From contig JAWBCC010000003.1 of NCBI GenBank assembly GCA_038823825.1, positions 60,001-92,000 of the forward strand: a stretch of 32,000 bases of DNA, read 5' to 3'. The position numbers and the translations under genes are program-made. The notes beneath the pieces were generated by a model, which was given only the letters and a program-made list of their open reading frames with translations, made no database searches and was not told the DNA's origin. How positions within the stretch are numbered: the stretch's first letter is position 1; each line of letters begins with the position of its first letter. Below are positions 1 through 8,658 of the stretch, one piece after another. Origin of the DNA: Candidatus Hadarchaeales archaeon. Its GTDB lineage: Archaea > Hadarchaeota > Hadarchaeia > Hadarchaeales > Hadarchaeaceae.

Positions 1-1
1 A

Positions 2-1018
2 TCAGATTCTGAGCTTGTTCACGGAGTTATTCTTGATAAGGAAAGGGTACATCCGGGAATGCCGAAGAGAGTTAAAAACGCAAAGATCGCGCTCATCGAT
101 GCTCCACTCGAGATAAAAAAGACAGAAACAGATGCGGAAATTAGAATAACAACTCCGGAGCAACTCAGGGCGTTCATAGAGGAAGAAGAGATGATTTTGA
201 AGCAAATGGTTGACAAAATAATCTCGGTTGGGGCGAATGTTGTGATATGCCAGAAGGGAATAGATGATATTGCGCAGCATTATCTAGCAAAGGCAGGGAT
301 ATACGCAGTGAGGAGAGCGAAGAAATCCGACATGGAGAAGCTGGCGAGAGCAACTGGCGGCAGGATAGTCACGAACATTGATGATCTCACACCCGAGGAT
401 CTCGGTTCGGCAGGTCTAGTTGAAGAAGTTAAAATCGGGGAGGATAAGATGACCTTCGTAAGGGATTGTAAGAACCCGAGAGCGATGGGAATTTTGATTA
501 GAGGAGGAAGCGAGCATGTTGTAGATGAAGTTGAGAGGGCTGTACATGATGCTATTTGTGTGGTTGCCGCAGCCATTGAGGATGGAAAAATTGTCTACGG
601 AGGTGGAGCGCCGGAGATGGAGGTTGCTAAGCATCTGAGAGATTACTCTCAGAAGGTTGGAGGAAAGGAGGCTCTTGCGATCGGCGCATTTGCCGACGCT
701 CTGGAGATAATTCCCAAGACTCTGGCTGAGAATGCGGGTCTTGATGCAATTGACATAATTGTAGAGCTCAGAGCGAAGCACGAGAAGCCGGAAGGCATAT
801 GGACCGGTGTTGATGTTTACGGAGGAAAGGTGGCGGACATGAAGGAACTTGGGGTAGTCGAACCCCTTAGAACGAAGATTCAGGCGATAAAGTCGGCTGC
901 TGAAGCCGCTACAATGATTTTGCGGATAGACGATGTTATCGCCGCAGCGAAGAAAGAAATCTCGCCGCCTAAGGGTGAGGGTGAAGAAGAAACAGAAACA
1001 ACGAGCGAGGAGGACTGA
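2..1018 (+). CDS. thsA: Thermosome (group II chaperonin) subunit, C-terminal part, truncated by window start
   Basis: Open frame continues from base 2 ([49 protein letters not shown]); [23 protein letters not shown] and [12 protein letters not shown] chaperonin motifs; acidic [11 protein letters not shown] tail. Confidence 0.96.
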   Translation, partial: SDSELVHGVILDKERVHPGMPKRVKNAKIALIDAPLEIKKTETDAEIRITTPEQLRAFIEEEEMILKQMVDKIISVGANVVICQKGIDDIAQHYLAKAGIYAVRRAKKSDMEKLARATGGRIVTNIDDLTPEDLGSAGLVEEVKIGEDKMTFVRDCKNPRAMGILIRGGSEHVVDEVERAVHDAICVVAAAIEDGKIVYGGGAPEMEVAKHLRDYSQKVGGKEALAIGAFADALEIIPKTLAENAGLDAIDIIVELRAKHEKPEGIWTGVDVYGGKVADMKELGVVEPLRTKIQAIKSAAEAATMILRIDDVIAAAKKEISPPKGEGEEETETTSEED

Positions 1019-1024
1019 AATTAA

Positions 1025-1570
1025 TTGAATTTAGTCCCCCGTTATGTTTTCTTCACCCGTGGAGTTGGGCATGATCCTGAGATGCTCAGGTCATTTGAAA
1101 ATGCTCTTGAGAATGCGGGAATAGCGAGGTTCAATTTAGTTCCGGTTTCAAGTATAGTTCCACCAGGTTGTAAGGTTATTTCAAAGGAGAAAGGTTTGAG
1201 CATGTTACAGGATGGACAAATTGTTTTTGTTATTCTTTCCAAGTGTAGTAGCAACGAGAGGAGGAGACTTCTTTCTGCGAGCATTGGTTGTGCCTTGCCC
1301 GCAGATAGAAATATGTACGGCTACATAAGTGAGCACCATGCTTATGGACAGACTGCGGAAGAAGCAGGCGAGTATGCGGAAAATCTTGCCGCTTCGATGC
1401 TTGCCAGCACTCTTGGTCTGCCGTTCGACGCCGATAAAAGTTGGGACGAACGCAAACAGATATGGAAGATTTCCGGAAAGATAGTTAGAACTACCAATAT
1501 CACGCAGACAGCATTTGTTAAAGAGGGAATGTGGACGACCGTGGTTGCAGCCGCGGTTTTCGTTCTATAG
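1025..1570 (+). CDS. pdaD: Pyruvoyl-dependent arginine decarboxylase
   Basis: MNLVPRYVFFTRGVGHDPEMLRSFENALENAGIARFNLVPVSSIVPPGCKVI; contains the VSSI..PP self-processing region and EEAGEYAE tail typical of PvlArgDC. Confidence 0.93.
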   Translation: MNLVPRYVFFTRGVGHDPEMLRSFENALENAGIARFNLVPVSSIVPPGCKVISKEKGLSMLQDGQIVFVILSKCSSNERRRLLSASIGCALPADRNMYGYISEHHAYGQTAEEAGEYAENLAASMLASTLGLPFDADKSWDERKQIWKISGKIVRTTNITQTAFVKEGMWTTVVAAAVFVL

Positions 1571-1633
1571 GGTCTCAACTGCTTGATTGGCGCAAGATTT
1601 ATAGACTTTTCATCACGAGTAGCAAAGAGGGGA

Positions 1634-2560
1634 ATGGGAGAAGGAAAAGGTTATGGAAAGGTAATACTTTTTAACGAGCATTTTGTAGTTTACGGCATAC
1701 CCTGTATCGTTTCATCAATCGACAGATATACGACATGTAGGGTAGAAAGAACCCATGGCTCCGGCTGGATTGTTGAGGATCTCAGACCTTCCACGCCAGG
1801 TTATAAAGAGGATAAGCTCGAGCAGCAGAAGGACTCGATAAACAGGATTCTTGCAGCGATGAACATCGAGCCGAGAGATTTTTGTCTGAAAATAACATTT
1901 GGTGGGAATCTGGTTGCGGCGAGCGGGATAGGAGCCAGTGCGGCCTCATGTGTAGCACTCGCTCGGGCGCTATCCGACGAGTTCAATCTGAATCTCAATG
2001 ATGATCGGATAAACGAGATAGCTTACGAAGGTGAAAAGGCATATCATGGATCACCCTCCGGTGTCGACAACGCCGCAGCAACATATGGTGGGGTTCTCTG
2101 GTTCATAAGGGGAAATCCACCGACGATTGAACGATTAAGACTTGCTGGAAGTGTGGAAATTTTGATGGCAGACACCGGAATTGTGGCGGACACTTCAAAG
2201 GTTGTGGCAAGTGTCAGGGAAAGGATGAACAGGGAGAAAGAGAAGTTCGATAAAATCTTTGCTCAAGCAAGAGAACTCGCATATGAGGCAAGGGAAGCTT
2301 TGCTCTCGATGGATCTGAAGAAAGTTGGAGAACTGATGATTGAGAATCATAGGCTTCTGCAGGAAATTGGGGTTTCCAGCCGGGATCTCGACAGACTCGT
2401 CGAAATCGCGTTGGACGCGGGGGCTCTTGGAGCGAAGATGACCGGCGGAGGATGGGGGGGAAATATAGTTGCCCTCGTGCCTGGTGAAGATTTACAGGAA
2501 AAGGTTGCTCAGGCGATCGAGAAAGAAGGTTACAAAGTTCTCAAAACGAAGATATGGTGA
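1634..2560 (+). CDS. mvk: Mevalonate kinase (GHMP kinase)
   Basis: GKVILFNEHFVVYGIPCIVSSID, GIGASAASCVALARAL, GSPSGVDNAAATYGG, GAKMTGGGWGGNIVAL. ORF opens at 1583 but a TATA-like TTTATAGA (~1606) lies inside, so ATG 1634 is the more likely start. Confidence 0.93.
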   Translation: MGEGKGYGKVILFNEHFVVYGIPCIVSSIDRYTTCRVERTHGSGWIVEDLRPSTPGYKEDKLEQQKDSINRILAAMNIEPRDFCLKITFGGNLVAASGIGASAASCVALARALSDEFNLNLNDDRINEIAYEGEKAYHGSPSGVDNAAATYGGVLWFIRGNPPTIERLRLAGSVEILMADTGIVADTSKVVASVRERMNREKEKFDKIFAQARELAYEAREALLSMDLKKVGELMIENHRLLQEIGVSSRDLDRLVEIALDAGALGAKMTGGGWGGNIVALVPGEDLQEKVAQAIEKEGYKVLKTKIW

Positions 2561-3840
2561 GAGTTATGAATTTTCGCGAGTTTTTGAAGATTCTCGATGA
2601 GAGGGGCCTTCTCGTAAAAATAAAGAAACCTGTCGATGTGCGGTTGGAGACTTCCACGTTGATGAAAATGCTGGATGGGCGCCCGCTTCTCTTCGAAAAT
2701 GTGAAAGGTTATGAGATGAGAATCGCAGCGAACGTTTTCTCAACCAGAGAGCTTGTGGCGGTAGGTCTTGGTGTGAAGAGAGAAGATCTGATTACGGTTG
2801 TTAGTCGCGCGATTGATAATCCGCGACCGGTTACATCGGAGCCCTTCAAAGGTTATGAAGAAATTCCAGCGGATCTCTCAAAAATTCCGATTCTTTTTCA
2901 TTATCCGTTTGATGGTGGACCATACATAAGTGCTGGCATAGTTGTGGCCAGACATCCGGAACTCGGCGTCAACATGTCATACCACAGGATGATGGTTATT
3001 GACAAGGACAAAGTTGTGATGAGAATTCTTCCTAGAGACTTCAACGAGTTTCTGAAGAGGGGAGTTAAGGAATTTGTGATATGCATTGGAAACCAACCGG
3101 CGGTTGCTCTCGCAGCAGCGATTTCTGTAGAGCTCGGGAAGAGCGAGTTGGACATAGCAAATGCTCTGGCACCCGTCAGAGTTTTCGAGCTGAATGGCCA
3201 TCTTGTGCCCGAGGCCGAGATTGTGATGATCGCGGAGATGACGGAGGAAGAGCATGACGAGGGACCTTTCCTAGATCTCACGGAAACTCCAGACATTGTA
3301 AGAAAGCAGAGAGTTGCGCGCATAAAGAAAATCTTTCTGAAAAAAGGAGAGAGCGTTTATCACGCCCTACTTCCAGGAGGTCTTGAGCACAAGGTGTTGA
3401 TGGGAATGCCAAGGGAACCGACGATATTTAGAGAGGTTAACAAAGTCTGTGAGTGTAAGGATGTTCTAATAACCCCTGGCGGATGTTCTTGGCTTCATGC
3501 TGTCGTAAGCATAAAGAAGAAAGCACCAGATGACGGGAAGAAGGCGATCGAAGCAGCCTTCCGTGGCCATAAATCTCTGAAACATGTTTGGGTCGTGGAT
3601 GATGATATCGATATCCACGATCCGCATCAGGTTGAATGGGCGATGGCAACACGTTTTCAGGGCGACAGGGATATCGTGATGAAAAAGGAAAAGGGGTCTT
3701 CGCTGGACCCATCGGCTGATCCGCATACGTATATGACAACGAAGGTTGGATTTGACCTGACGATTCCTTGGGATAAGGATCCCAAAAGTTTCCAAAAGCC
3801 ACCACTACCGATCAAACTAGATCCGAAAGATTATCTATGA
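2554..3840 (+). CDS. UbiD-family decarboxylase; probable trans-anhydromevalonate 5-phosphate decarboxylase
   Basis: MNFREFLKILDERGLLVKIKKPVDVRLETSTLMKMLDGRPLLFENVKGYEMRIAANVFSTRELVA; GMPREPTIFREVNKVCECKDVLITPGGCSWLHAVVSI; location next to mevalonate kinase and aconitase-X subunits supports the pathway role. Confidence 0.85.
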   Translation: MVRVMNFREFLKILDERGLLVKIKKPVDVRLETSTLMKMLDGRPLLFENVKGYEMRIAANVFSTRELVAVGLGVKREDLITVVSRAIDNPRPVTSEPFKGYEEIPADLSKIPILFHYPFDGGPYISAGIVVARHPELGVNMSYHRMMVIDKDKVVMRILPRDFNEFLKRGVKEFVICIGNQPAVALAAAISVELGKSELDIANALAPVRVFELNGHLVPEAEIVMIAEMTEEEHDEGPFLDLTETPDIVRKQRVARIKKIFLKKGESVYHALLPGGLEHKVLMGMPREPTIFREVNKVCECKDVLITPGGCSWLHAVVSIKKKAPDDGKKAIEAAFRGHKSLKHVWVVDDDIDIHDPHQVEWAMATRFQGDRDIVMKKEKGSSLDPSADPHTYMTTKVGFDLTIPWDKDPKSFQKPPLPIKLDPKDYL

Positions 3841-3842
3841 AT

Positions 3843-4136
3843 TTAGCCCTTCCAGAGGCCGATGGCGAGGCCGATTATAAAAGATATCGAAGTGTAGGGG
3901 AGGAGATTCTTCAACGTTTCGGTCTGACTAGAAATTTTTGGTAGATATTTCGTGGCTTTTTCGTAAAGACTTTCTACGGAAAGTGAGATGTAGCCGGTGA
4001 AAGCAAGAATAGCGATCAGTGCGATGACGAGAAGCAGAACGCTGATTGTACGTTTTATTATCGCGCCGATGAGAAGTCCGATAACAAAAGGTATCACGAC
4101 GGGAATTAACCAAGCGATTTCTGGGGGAACCGACAT
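3843..4136 (-). CDS. Small membrane protein, two to three predicted hydrophobic segments
   Basis: 97 aa ORF, IAWLIPVVIPFVIGLLIGAIIKRTISVLLLVIALIAILAFTGYI ... ISFIIGLAIGLWKG; fills the gap between two + strand genes. Confidence 0.6.
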   Translation of the reverse strand: MSVPPEIAWLIPVVIPFVIGLLIGAIIKRTISVLLLVIALIAILAFTGYISLSVESLYEKATKYLPKISSQTETLKNLLPYTSISFIIGLAIGLWKG

Positions 4137-4237
4137 CGTAATGAATCATTTTTTCGTGTTTTTATATTTTCCGTGTGCGAAGGTTAGGTGTCTCCGTTTC
4201 GACGAATTTTTTAGGTAATTGGAGGATATTGTTTTGA

Positions 4238-5425
4238 ATGTATTTAACGAAGGAACAGGAGCGCATTCTTGAGGGCGAAGAGGGCGAAATTCCGCGGAGA
4301 ATGATGAGACTTCTGGTTAGGTTAGGTGAGGTTTATGGTGCGGACAGGCTGATTCCAATCACCTCCGTTCAGATCGCTGGAGTCTCTTACAAATCGATAG
4401 GAGATCCGGGTCTCGAGTTTTTGGAGAGCATAGCTGGAACCGGCGTCAAGGTGAGAGTTCCATCCACTCTGAATCCGCCAGGAATGGATCTCTTAGACTG
4501 GAGAGAGCTCGGATTTCCTGAAGACTTTGCCGAAAAACAGCTCAGGATAATCGAAGCCTTCAGGCGAATGGGGGTGATGATGACGGCGACCTGTACGCCG
4601 TATTTAGTTGGCAACCTGCCAAGGTTTGGAGAACACATCGCCTGGTCGGAGTCTTCAGCCGTTTCATTTGCAAACTCGGTTCTTGGTGCTAGAACTAATA
4701 GAGAAGGTGGACCTTCGGCTCTTGCGGCTGCGATATGTGGTGTTACTCCAAACTACGGTTTACATTTGGATGAGAATCGGCATCCGACATTGGCTGTTGA
4801 TGTGAAGGTAAATCTCGAAGACATAGCGGATTTTGGGGCGCTTGGATACTATGTCGGTAAAATCGTGAAGGATGGAATTCCCTACTTTCGCGGCATCCGG
4901 CAAGCAAATGTTGATGAGTTGAAAGCTCTTGGGGCAGCCATGGCGGCATCCGGCGCGGTTGCGCTCTATCATATAGAGGGAATAACCCCAGAAGCCGATC
5001 GTGTGAAGAAGGATGGTCTAGAAAAAATAGAAGTTGGAGAACAGGAACTCCGGAAGGCCTATGAGGCTTTAAATAGCGGAGATTCGCCAGATATCGTCAT
5101 TCTAGGATGCCCGCATGCCTCTCTGATGGAAATAGCGAGAGTTGCGGAGATGTTAAAAGGCAGGAAGCTTCGAAAATCTCTCTGGATATGCACGTCCAGA
5201 GCCACAAAGGACATGGCAACGAGAATGGGTTATACGGAGATCATCGAAAGGGCTGGAGGAAAGGTAGTTGCTGATACTTGTGCGGTTGTTGCCCCCATCG
5301 AGCGTATGGGATTCCAGACGACGGCTGTGAATTCTGGCAAGGCGGCAAACTATCTGCCAGGCTTCTGCAAACAAAAAGTTATCTTCAGAAAAACCGACGA
5401 GCTTGTTGAGATGATTTCAGGGTGA
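4238..5425 (+). CDS. Aconitase X catalytic (DUF521) subunit; probable phosphomevalonate dehydratase large subunit
   Basis: MYLTKEQERILEGEEGEIPRRMMRLLVRLGEVYGADRLIPITSVQIAGVSYKSIGDPGLEFLE; GEHIAWSESSAVSFANSVLGARTNREGG; VILGCPHASLMEI; TCAVVAPI. Confidence 0.9.
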   Translation: MYLTKEQERILEGEEGEIPRRMMRLLVRLGEVYGADRLIPITSVQIAGVSYKSIGDPGLEFLESIAGTGVKVRVPSTLNPPGMDLLDWRELGFPEDFAEKQLRIIEAFRRMGVMMTATCTPYLVGNLPRFGEHIAWSESSAVSFANSVLGARTNREGGPSALAAAICGVTPNYGLHLDENRHPTLAVDVKVNLEDIADFGALGYYVGKIVKDGIPYFRGIRQANVDELKALGAAMAASGAVALYHIEGITPEADRVKKDGLEKIEVGEQELRKAYEALNSGDSPDIVILGCPHASLMEIARVAEMLKGRKLRKSLWICTSRATKDMATRMGYTEIIERAGGKVVADTCAVVAPIERMGFQTTAVNSGKAANYLPGFCKQKVIFRKTDELVEMISG

Positions 5426-5432
5426 TAATGTC

Positions 5433-5846
5433 ATGATACTACGTGGAAGATGTGTGAATCCTGGAAAAGCAGAAGGCGAAGCTCTTGTTTCTCGCGAGCC
5501 GCTCAGCTTTTACGGAGGAGTTGATCCGAAGACAGGGATAGTTATAGAAAAGGGGCACGAGCTGGAAGGAAAATGTGTGAAGGGAAAAATTCTCGTTTTT
5601 CCGAACGGAAAGGGCTCTACAGTCGGATCTTATGTGATATACGCATTGAAGTCAAATGGCGTTGCTCCCGCCGCCATTCTGAATAAGGAAACGGAAACGA
5701 TCGTTGCTACTGGAGTTATACTGGCGGACATCCCCTGCGTAGACAGGATAGATGTGAGTATGATAAAAACCGGGGACAAAGTCGTTGTAGACGCGGACAA
5801 AGGTCTCGTCATGGTTGGTGAGGAACATGGCGGTGAGAAGACCTGA
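5433..5846 (+). CDS. Aconitase X swivel (DUF126) subunit; probable phosphomevalonate dehydratase small subunit
   Basis: GRCVNPGKAEGEALVSREPLSFYGGVDPKTG; FPNGKGSTVGSYVIYALKSNGVAPAAILN; adjacent to the large subunit. Confidence 0.9.
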   Translation: MILRGRCVNPGKAEGEALVSREPLSFYGGVDPKTGIVIEKGHELEGKCVKGKILVFPNGKGSTVGSYVIYALKSNGVAPAAILNKETETIVATGVILADIPCVDRIDVSMIKTGDKVVVDADKGLVMVGEEHGGEKT

Positions 5847-6027
5847 GGATGTTCTGAAGGGGAGGAAGCATCTTTTGGAGGAGGCAGCTAAAGATCTTGG
5901 GGCTGATCAGCTCGAGAGGGTTCGCCAGCTTCTCGAGAGATGGGATGAGAAGGCAAGGCTTGAGCTCTTTGTCATGCTCGGTGAGGAAAGGGCTAAAAAA
6001 CTTTTGAGGGATTTGGGAATTCTGTAA
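5827..6027 (+). CDS. Short hypothetical protein overlapping the end of the preceding gene
   Basis: MAVRRPEDVLKGRKHLLEEAAKDLGADQLERVRQLLERWDEKARLELFVMLGEERAKKLLRDLGIL; amphipathic helical composition; ~66 aa. Confidence 0.5.
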   Translation: MAVRRPEDVLKGRKHLLEEAAKDLGADQLERVRQLLERWDEKARLELFVMLGEERAKKLLRDLGIL

Positions 6028-6685
6028 GTTTTAGGCTGAGCACTTTTTGGTGCATTGCTTCTAATATCGCTTCTCTCCTTCTCTGCTCTGTTTGTAATTC
6101 TGTCCTCGGTGAGAACGGTTTCCGCATCTCCGGACCTACATGCTCCGATATACATAGTTGGGAATGAAAACTTCACGCCTACAAACGGCGTTCGCGGGGG
6201 TTCTGGAACCGAGACAGATCCTTACATAATCGAGAACTGGGAAATCAATGCTTCCACGGCAGGCGGGATCTACATTAAAAACACCGCCGCGTATTTCGTG
6301 ATCAGAAATGTGTTGGTTGAGAATGGAGGGCATTCAGTTTCTGTTACAAACATTACCCCTAACATCTGCAACGATAACTTGGGTTACCGATGATGACTCA
6401 ACAACCGCTGTCGAATACGGACCAACAACGGCATACGGATACACGGCTACGGATGGTATGACAACCAACCATCGGGTAAAGCTCTCCAACCTTTCACCTG
6501 GAACAATCTACCACTTCCGCGTCCTTTCAACCGACAGCGAAAACAACCTTGAGATATCAAGGGACTTCACCTTCATGACGGCCGCGCCTCAACCAGAGGC
6601 CAAGCCAAGGACGGAGATTCTGATAGCTGTGATCGTCGTCATCAAAATGATCATCCTAATCCTTCTCAAGTACAGAAAAAGGTAA
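6028..6685 (+). pseudogene. Internally deleted, frameshifted mini copy of the large beta-helix/Fn3 surface protein gene at 10514-16378
   Basis: ORF 6055-6393 matches the signal peptide and beta-helix start of the big gene; ORF 6308-6685 (one frame later) matches its Fn3-like domain and C-terminal TM tail. Extra nucleotide near 6350-6357 (attacccctaac vs atcacgcagac) and a ~2 nt shortfall upstream (tgagcactttttgg vs tgagcaccttttttgg). Confidence 0.8.
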
Positions 6686-6691
6686 TCATTC

Positions 6692-6731
6692 GCAAAGAGA
6701 TTTATTTATTGCACCATGATACTCTCTACGG
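6692..6731 (+). promoter_or_regulatory. tRNA-Val(CAC) promoter, TATA-like TTTATTTAT
   Basis: GCAAAGAGATTTATTTAT(N..)CTCTACGGA is almost identical, and identically spaced (32 nt to the tRNA), upstream of the second tRNA-Val at 17321. Confidence 0.75.
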
Positions 6732-6732
6732 A

Positions 6733-6808
6733 GGGCCCGTGGTCTAGTGGTTATGACGGCAGTCTCACACACTGCAGGTCGTGGGTTCGAATCCCACCGG
6801 GCCCACCA
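6733..6808 (+). tRNA. tRNA-Val (anticodon CAC), CCA encoded
   Basis: GGGCCCG/CGGGCCC acceptor stem, GCAGT-CTCACAC-ACTGC anticodon arm, GTGGG-TTCGAAT-CCCAC T arm, 3' ACCA. Confidence 0.96.
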
Positions 6809-6837
6809 TTCTCCAAATTGTTTTTAATCGAATCGGA

Positions 6838-7986
6838 TCACCGGGTATAGTACTTCGCGTTTTCGGTAAAGGTCGGGTTCGGGACATCTCCCGGGAAGAC
6901 CTCAAGTTTGATTCTCTCATTGTCTATCATCTTTACAAGCAGTGTGTATTGAACTACGAACTCCTGTGACACGAACCACCTGTCAGGATAGAGCTCGGCC
7001 AGCCGCTCCACACCCTCCAGCGTTTCCATCAACTTGTATACAACTTCTCCGGAGTTGACGTCTATTTCTCTGAAGTCTGGACCGTTCCCCTTCACTCGGA
7101 AAAGTCCACCATATGGCGGAAGAGCCTCCGCGCTCAAACTCACCGCGAGATATCTGGGGTCGAGAAGATCATAGACAAAGGCAACAAATTTCTTCCATCC
7201 GTCGTTATCGCAAGTGGTTAGTGTGTTTTCGAGGATCCAGTTACCGACTAGCTTTCCCGGTTCATCAAAGTCATGCTGTCCTCCTCTCGGTTCGATCTCC
7301 CTTAGCGTCAGGTTCAGCAGTCTCGACCTAAGGGGCTCCTTGAAATAATCAAGTGGGCACACGGCGGAAGCTATTTCTGGGCAGTACTTTTCAGGGTGAA
7401 TGAAGTGTTTTACGGTTCTATCGTATGCCCCGAAGTCGAACCTCAGCCATGGTATCCCGATCGGATCTCCGGCTTTAACGGGGATGTAAACGGAGTTAGA
7501 CCCATAATGCAGTTCTCCTACATTCTCCAGGATATTGGAAGAGAGAATCCTTATGTGGTAGAATTTACTCCTGAAAGTGTTCGTGTGGGATATCTCCACG
7601 GAATAATCGTCTTGTGCGCTCATGCATATCCTTGTGATTACCCCACCTGTAGGGGCAACTACTTGACAGGGACTGCGGATGGTCCAATAAGTGTGCTCTG
7701 TAGGAATGGGATGTGCTCCCGGAATATCTTTTCTGTAGAAAATATGTCCTAGGGGAGTTATGTCTTCCAGCAGATTTTCATCTACGGGACACACCTCGTA
7801 GACAACTGATCCTTCTCCGAGTTCAGGGTAATTTCCCCACCACCACTCCCAATGGTCAAAAATGTTTCTATTGTTTTCTTTTCCAGTTTCTTCAAAGATC
7901 TTGTTTAGCAGGGACGAAATTCCAGCCCCGGCAATAATTATAAAAAAAGCCAGAATGACTGCGAGTTTCAGTTTTTTATGCCCCAT
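6838..7986 (-). CDS. Secreted/membrane-anchored protein with degenerate M23 (LytM)-like region
   Basis: N-terminal TM (KLKLAVILAFFIIIAGAGISSLL); VVAPTGGVITRI ... DYSVEISHTNTFRSKFYHI ... VYIPVKAGDPIG follows the order of M23 beta-sheet motifs. Confidence 0.6.
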   Translation of the reverse strand: MGHKKLKLAVILAFFIIIAGAGISSLLNKIFEETGKENNRNIFDHWEWWWGNYPELGEGSVVYEVCPVDENLLEDITPLGHIFYRKDIPGAHPIPTEHTYWTIRSPCQVVAPTGGVITRICMSAQDDYSVEISHTNTFRSKFYHIRILSSNILENVGELHYGSNSVYIPVKAGDPIGIPWLRFDFGAYDRTVKHFIHPEKYCPEIASAVCPLDYFKEPLRSRLLNLTLREIEPRGGQHDFDEPGKLVGNWILENTLTTCDNDGWKKFVAFVYDLLDPRYLAVSLSAEALPPYGGLFRVKGNGPDFREIDVNSGEVVYKLMETLEGVERLAELYPDRWFVSQEFVVQYTLLVKMIDNERIKLEVFPGDVPNPTFTENAKYYTR

Positions 7987-8079
7987 GACTCCCAGAAAAT
8001 AATTAACATTCAGGATTTATTAATTCTATAAAAACTCGTGTAGAATTGCTTTTATCCCGCCTGAAAAAAATTTATCTCG

Positions 8080-8658
8080 ATGGAAGACTTGTTGCGGAAG
8101 AGAATAACATCTGTGATTAAAAAACTATACGAGCGTGGTCTGATTTCCGCCAGAAGCGGAAACGTGAGTTGCAGGCTCAATGCCAGCACGATGTTGATAA
8201 CACCCTCCGGAACCGTTGAGGACAAAATGAAACCATCAGGAATCGTGAAAATGGGACTTGACGGGAGAGTCCTCCAAGGAAGAATCCCATCCATAGAATG
8301 GATGATGCACGCGGAGGTTTATAGAAGAAACAAGCAGGTTGGAGCGATAATTCATTCTCATCCGCCGATTACGATTGGTCTTTCCTTGTCTGGAGAATTC
8401 AAAGTTGTTACCGAGGAATGTAAAATGCTCGTAGGTTATGATATTCCAATGGTTCGCGCTCCCCCGGGCTCTGAGGAACTCGCAAGGGCTGTTGCTTCAG
8501 AATCCTCGAAGAAAGTCGTAATACTTCTAGGTCACGGGTTGGTTGCGTTTGGCAGAGATCTCGAGGAGGCCGAAATTTTAACAGAGGCTGTGGAGGAAAA
8601 CGCAAAGGTTGTTCTGGTTTATATCGTTTCCAGGATCAATCCTGACGGATCCTCGTAA
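8080..8658 (+). CDS. Class II aldolase/adducin family protein (fuculose-1-phosphate aldolase-like)
   Basis: LYERGLISARSGNVSCRL, ITPSGTVEDKMKPSGIVKM, AIIHSHPP, ILLGHGLVAFGRDLEEAEILTEAVEENAKV. Confidence 0.9.
   Translation: MEDLLRKRITSVIKKLYERGLISARSGNVSCRLNASTMLITPSGTVEDKMKPSGIVKMGLDGRVLQGRIPSIEWMMHAEVYRRNKQVGAIIHSHPPITIGLSLSGEFKVVTEECKMLVGYDIPMVRAPPGSEELARAVASESSKKVVILLGHGLVAFGRDLEEAEILTEAVEENAKVVLVYIVSRINPDGSS

Noticed and set aside
6308-6685. Independent Fn3-domain gene
   Set aside because: It has no signal peptide and is simply the frameshifted 3' half of the mini copy; treating it as a separate gene is less parsimonious.
6692-6808. Integrated element att site based on duplicated tRNA-Val sequence
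   Set aside because: Both copies are complete tRNAs with different anticodons and their own promoters, and no integrase gene is visible; duplication is the simpler explanation.
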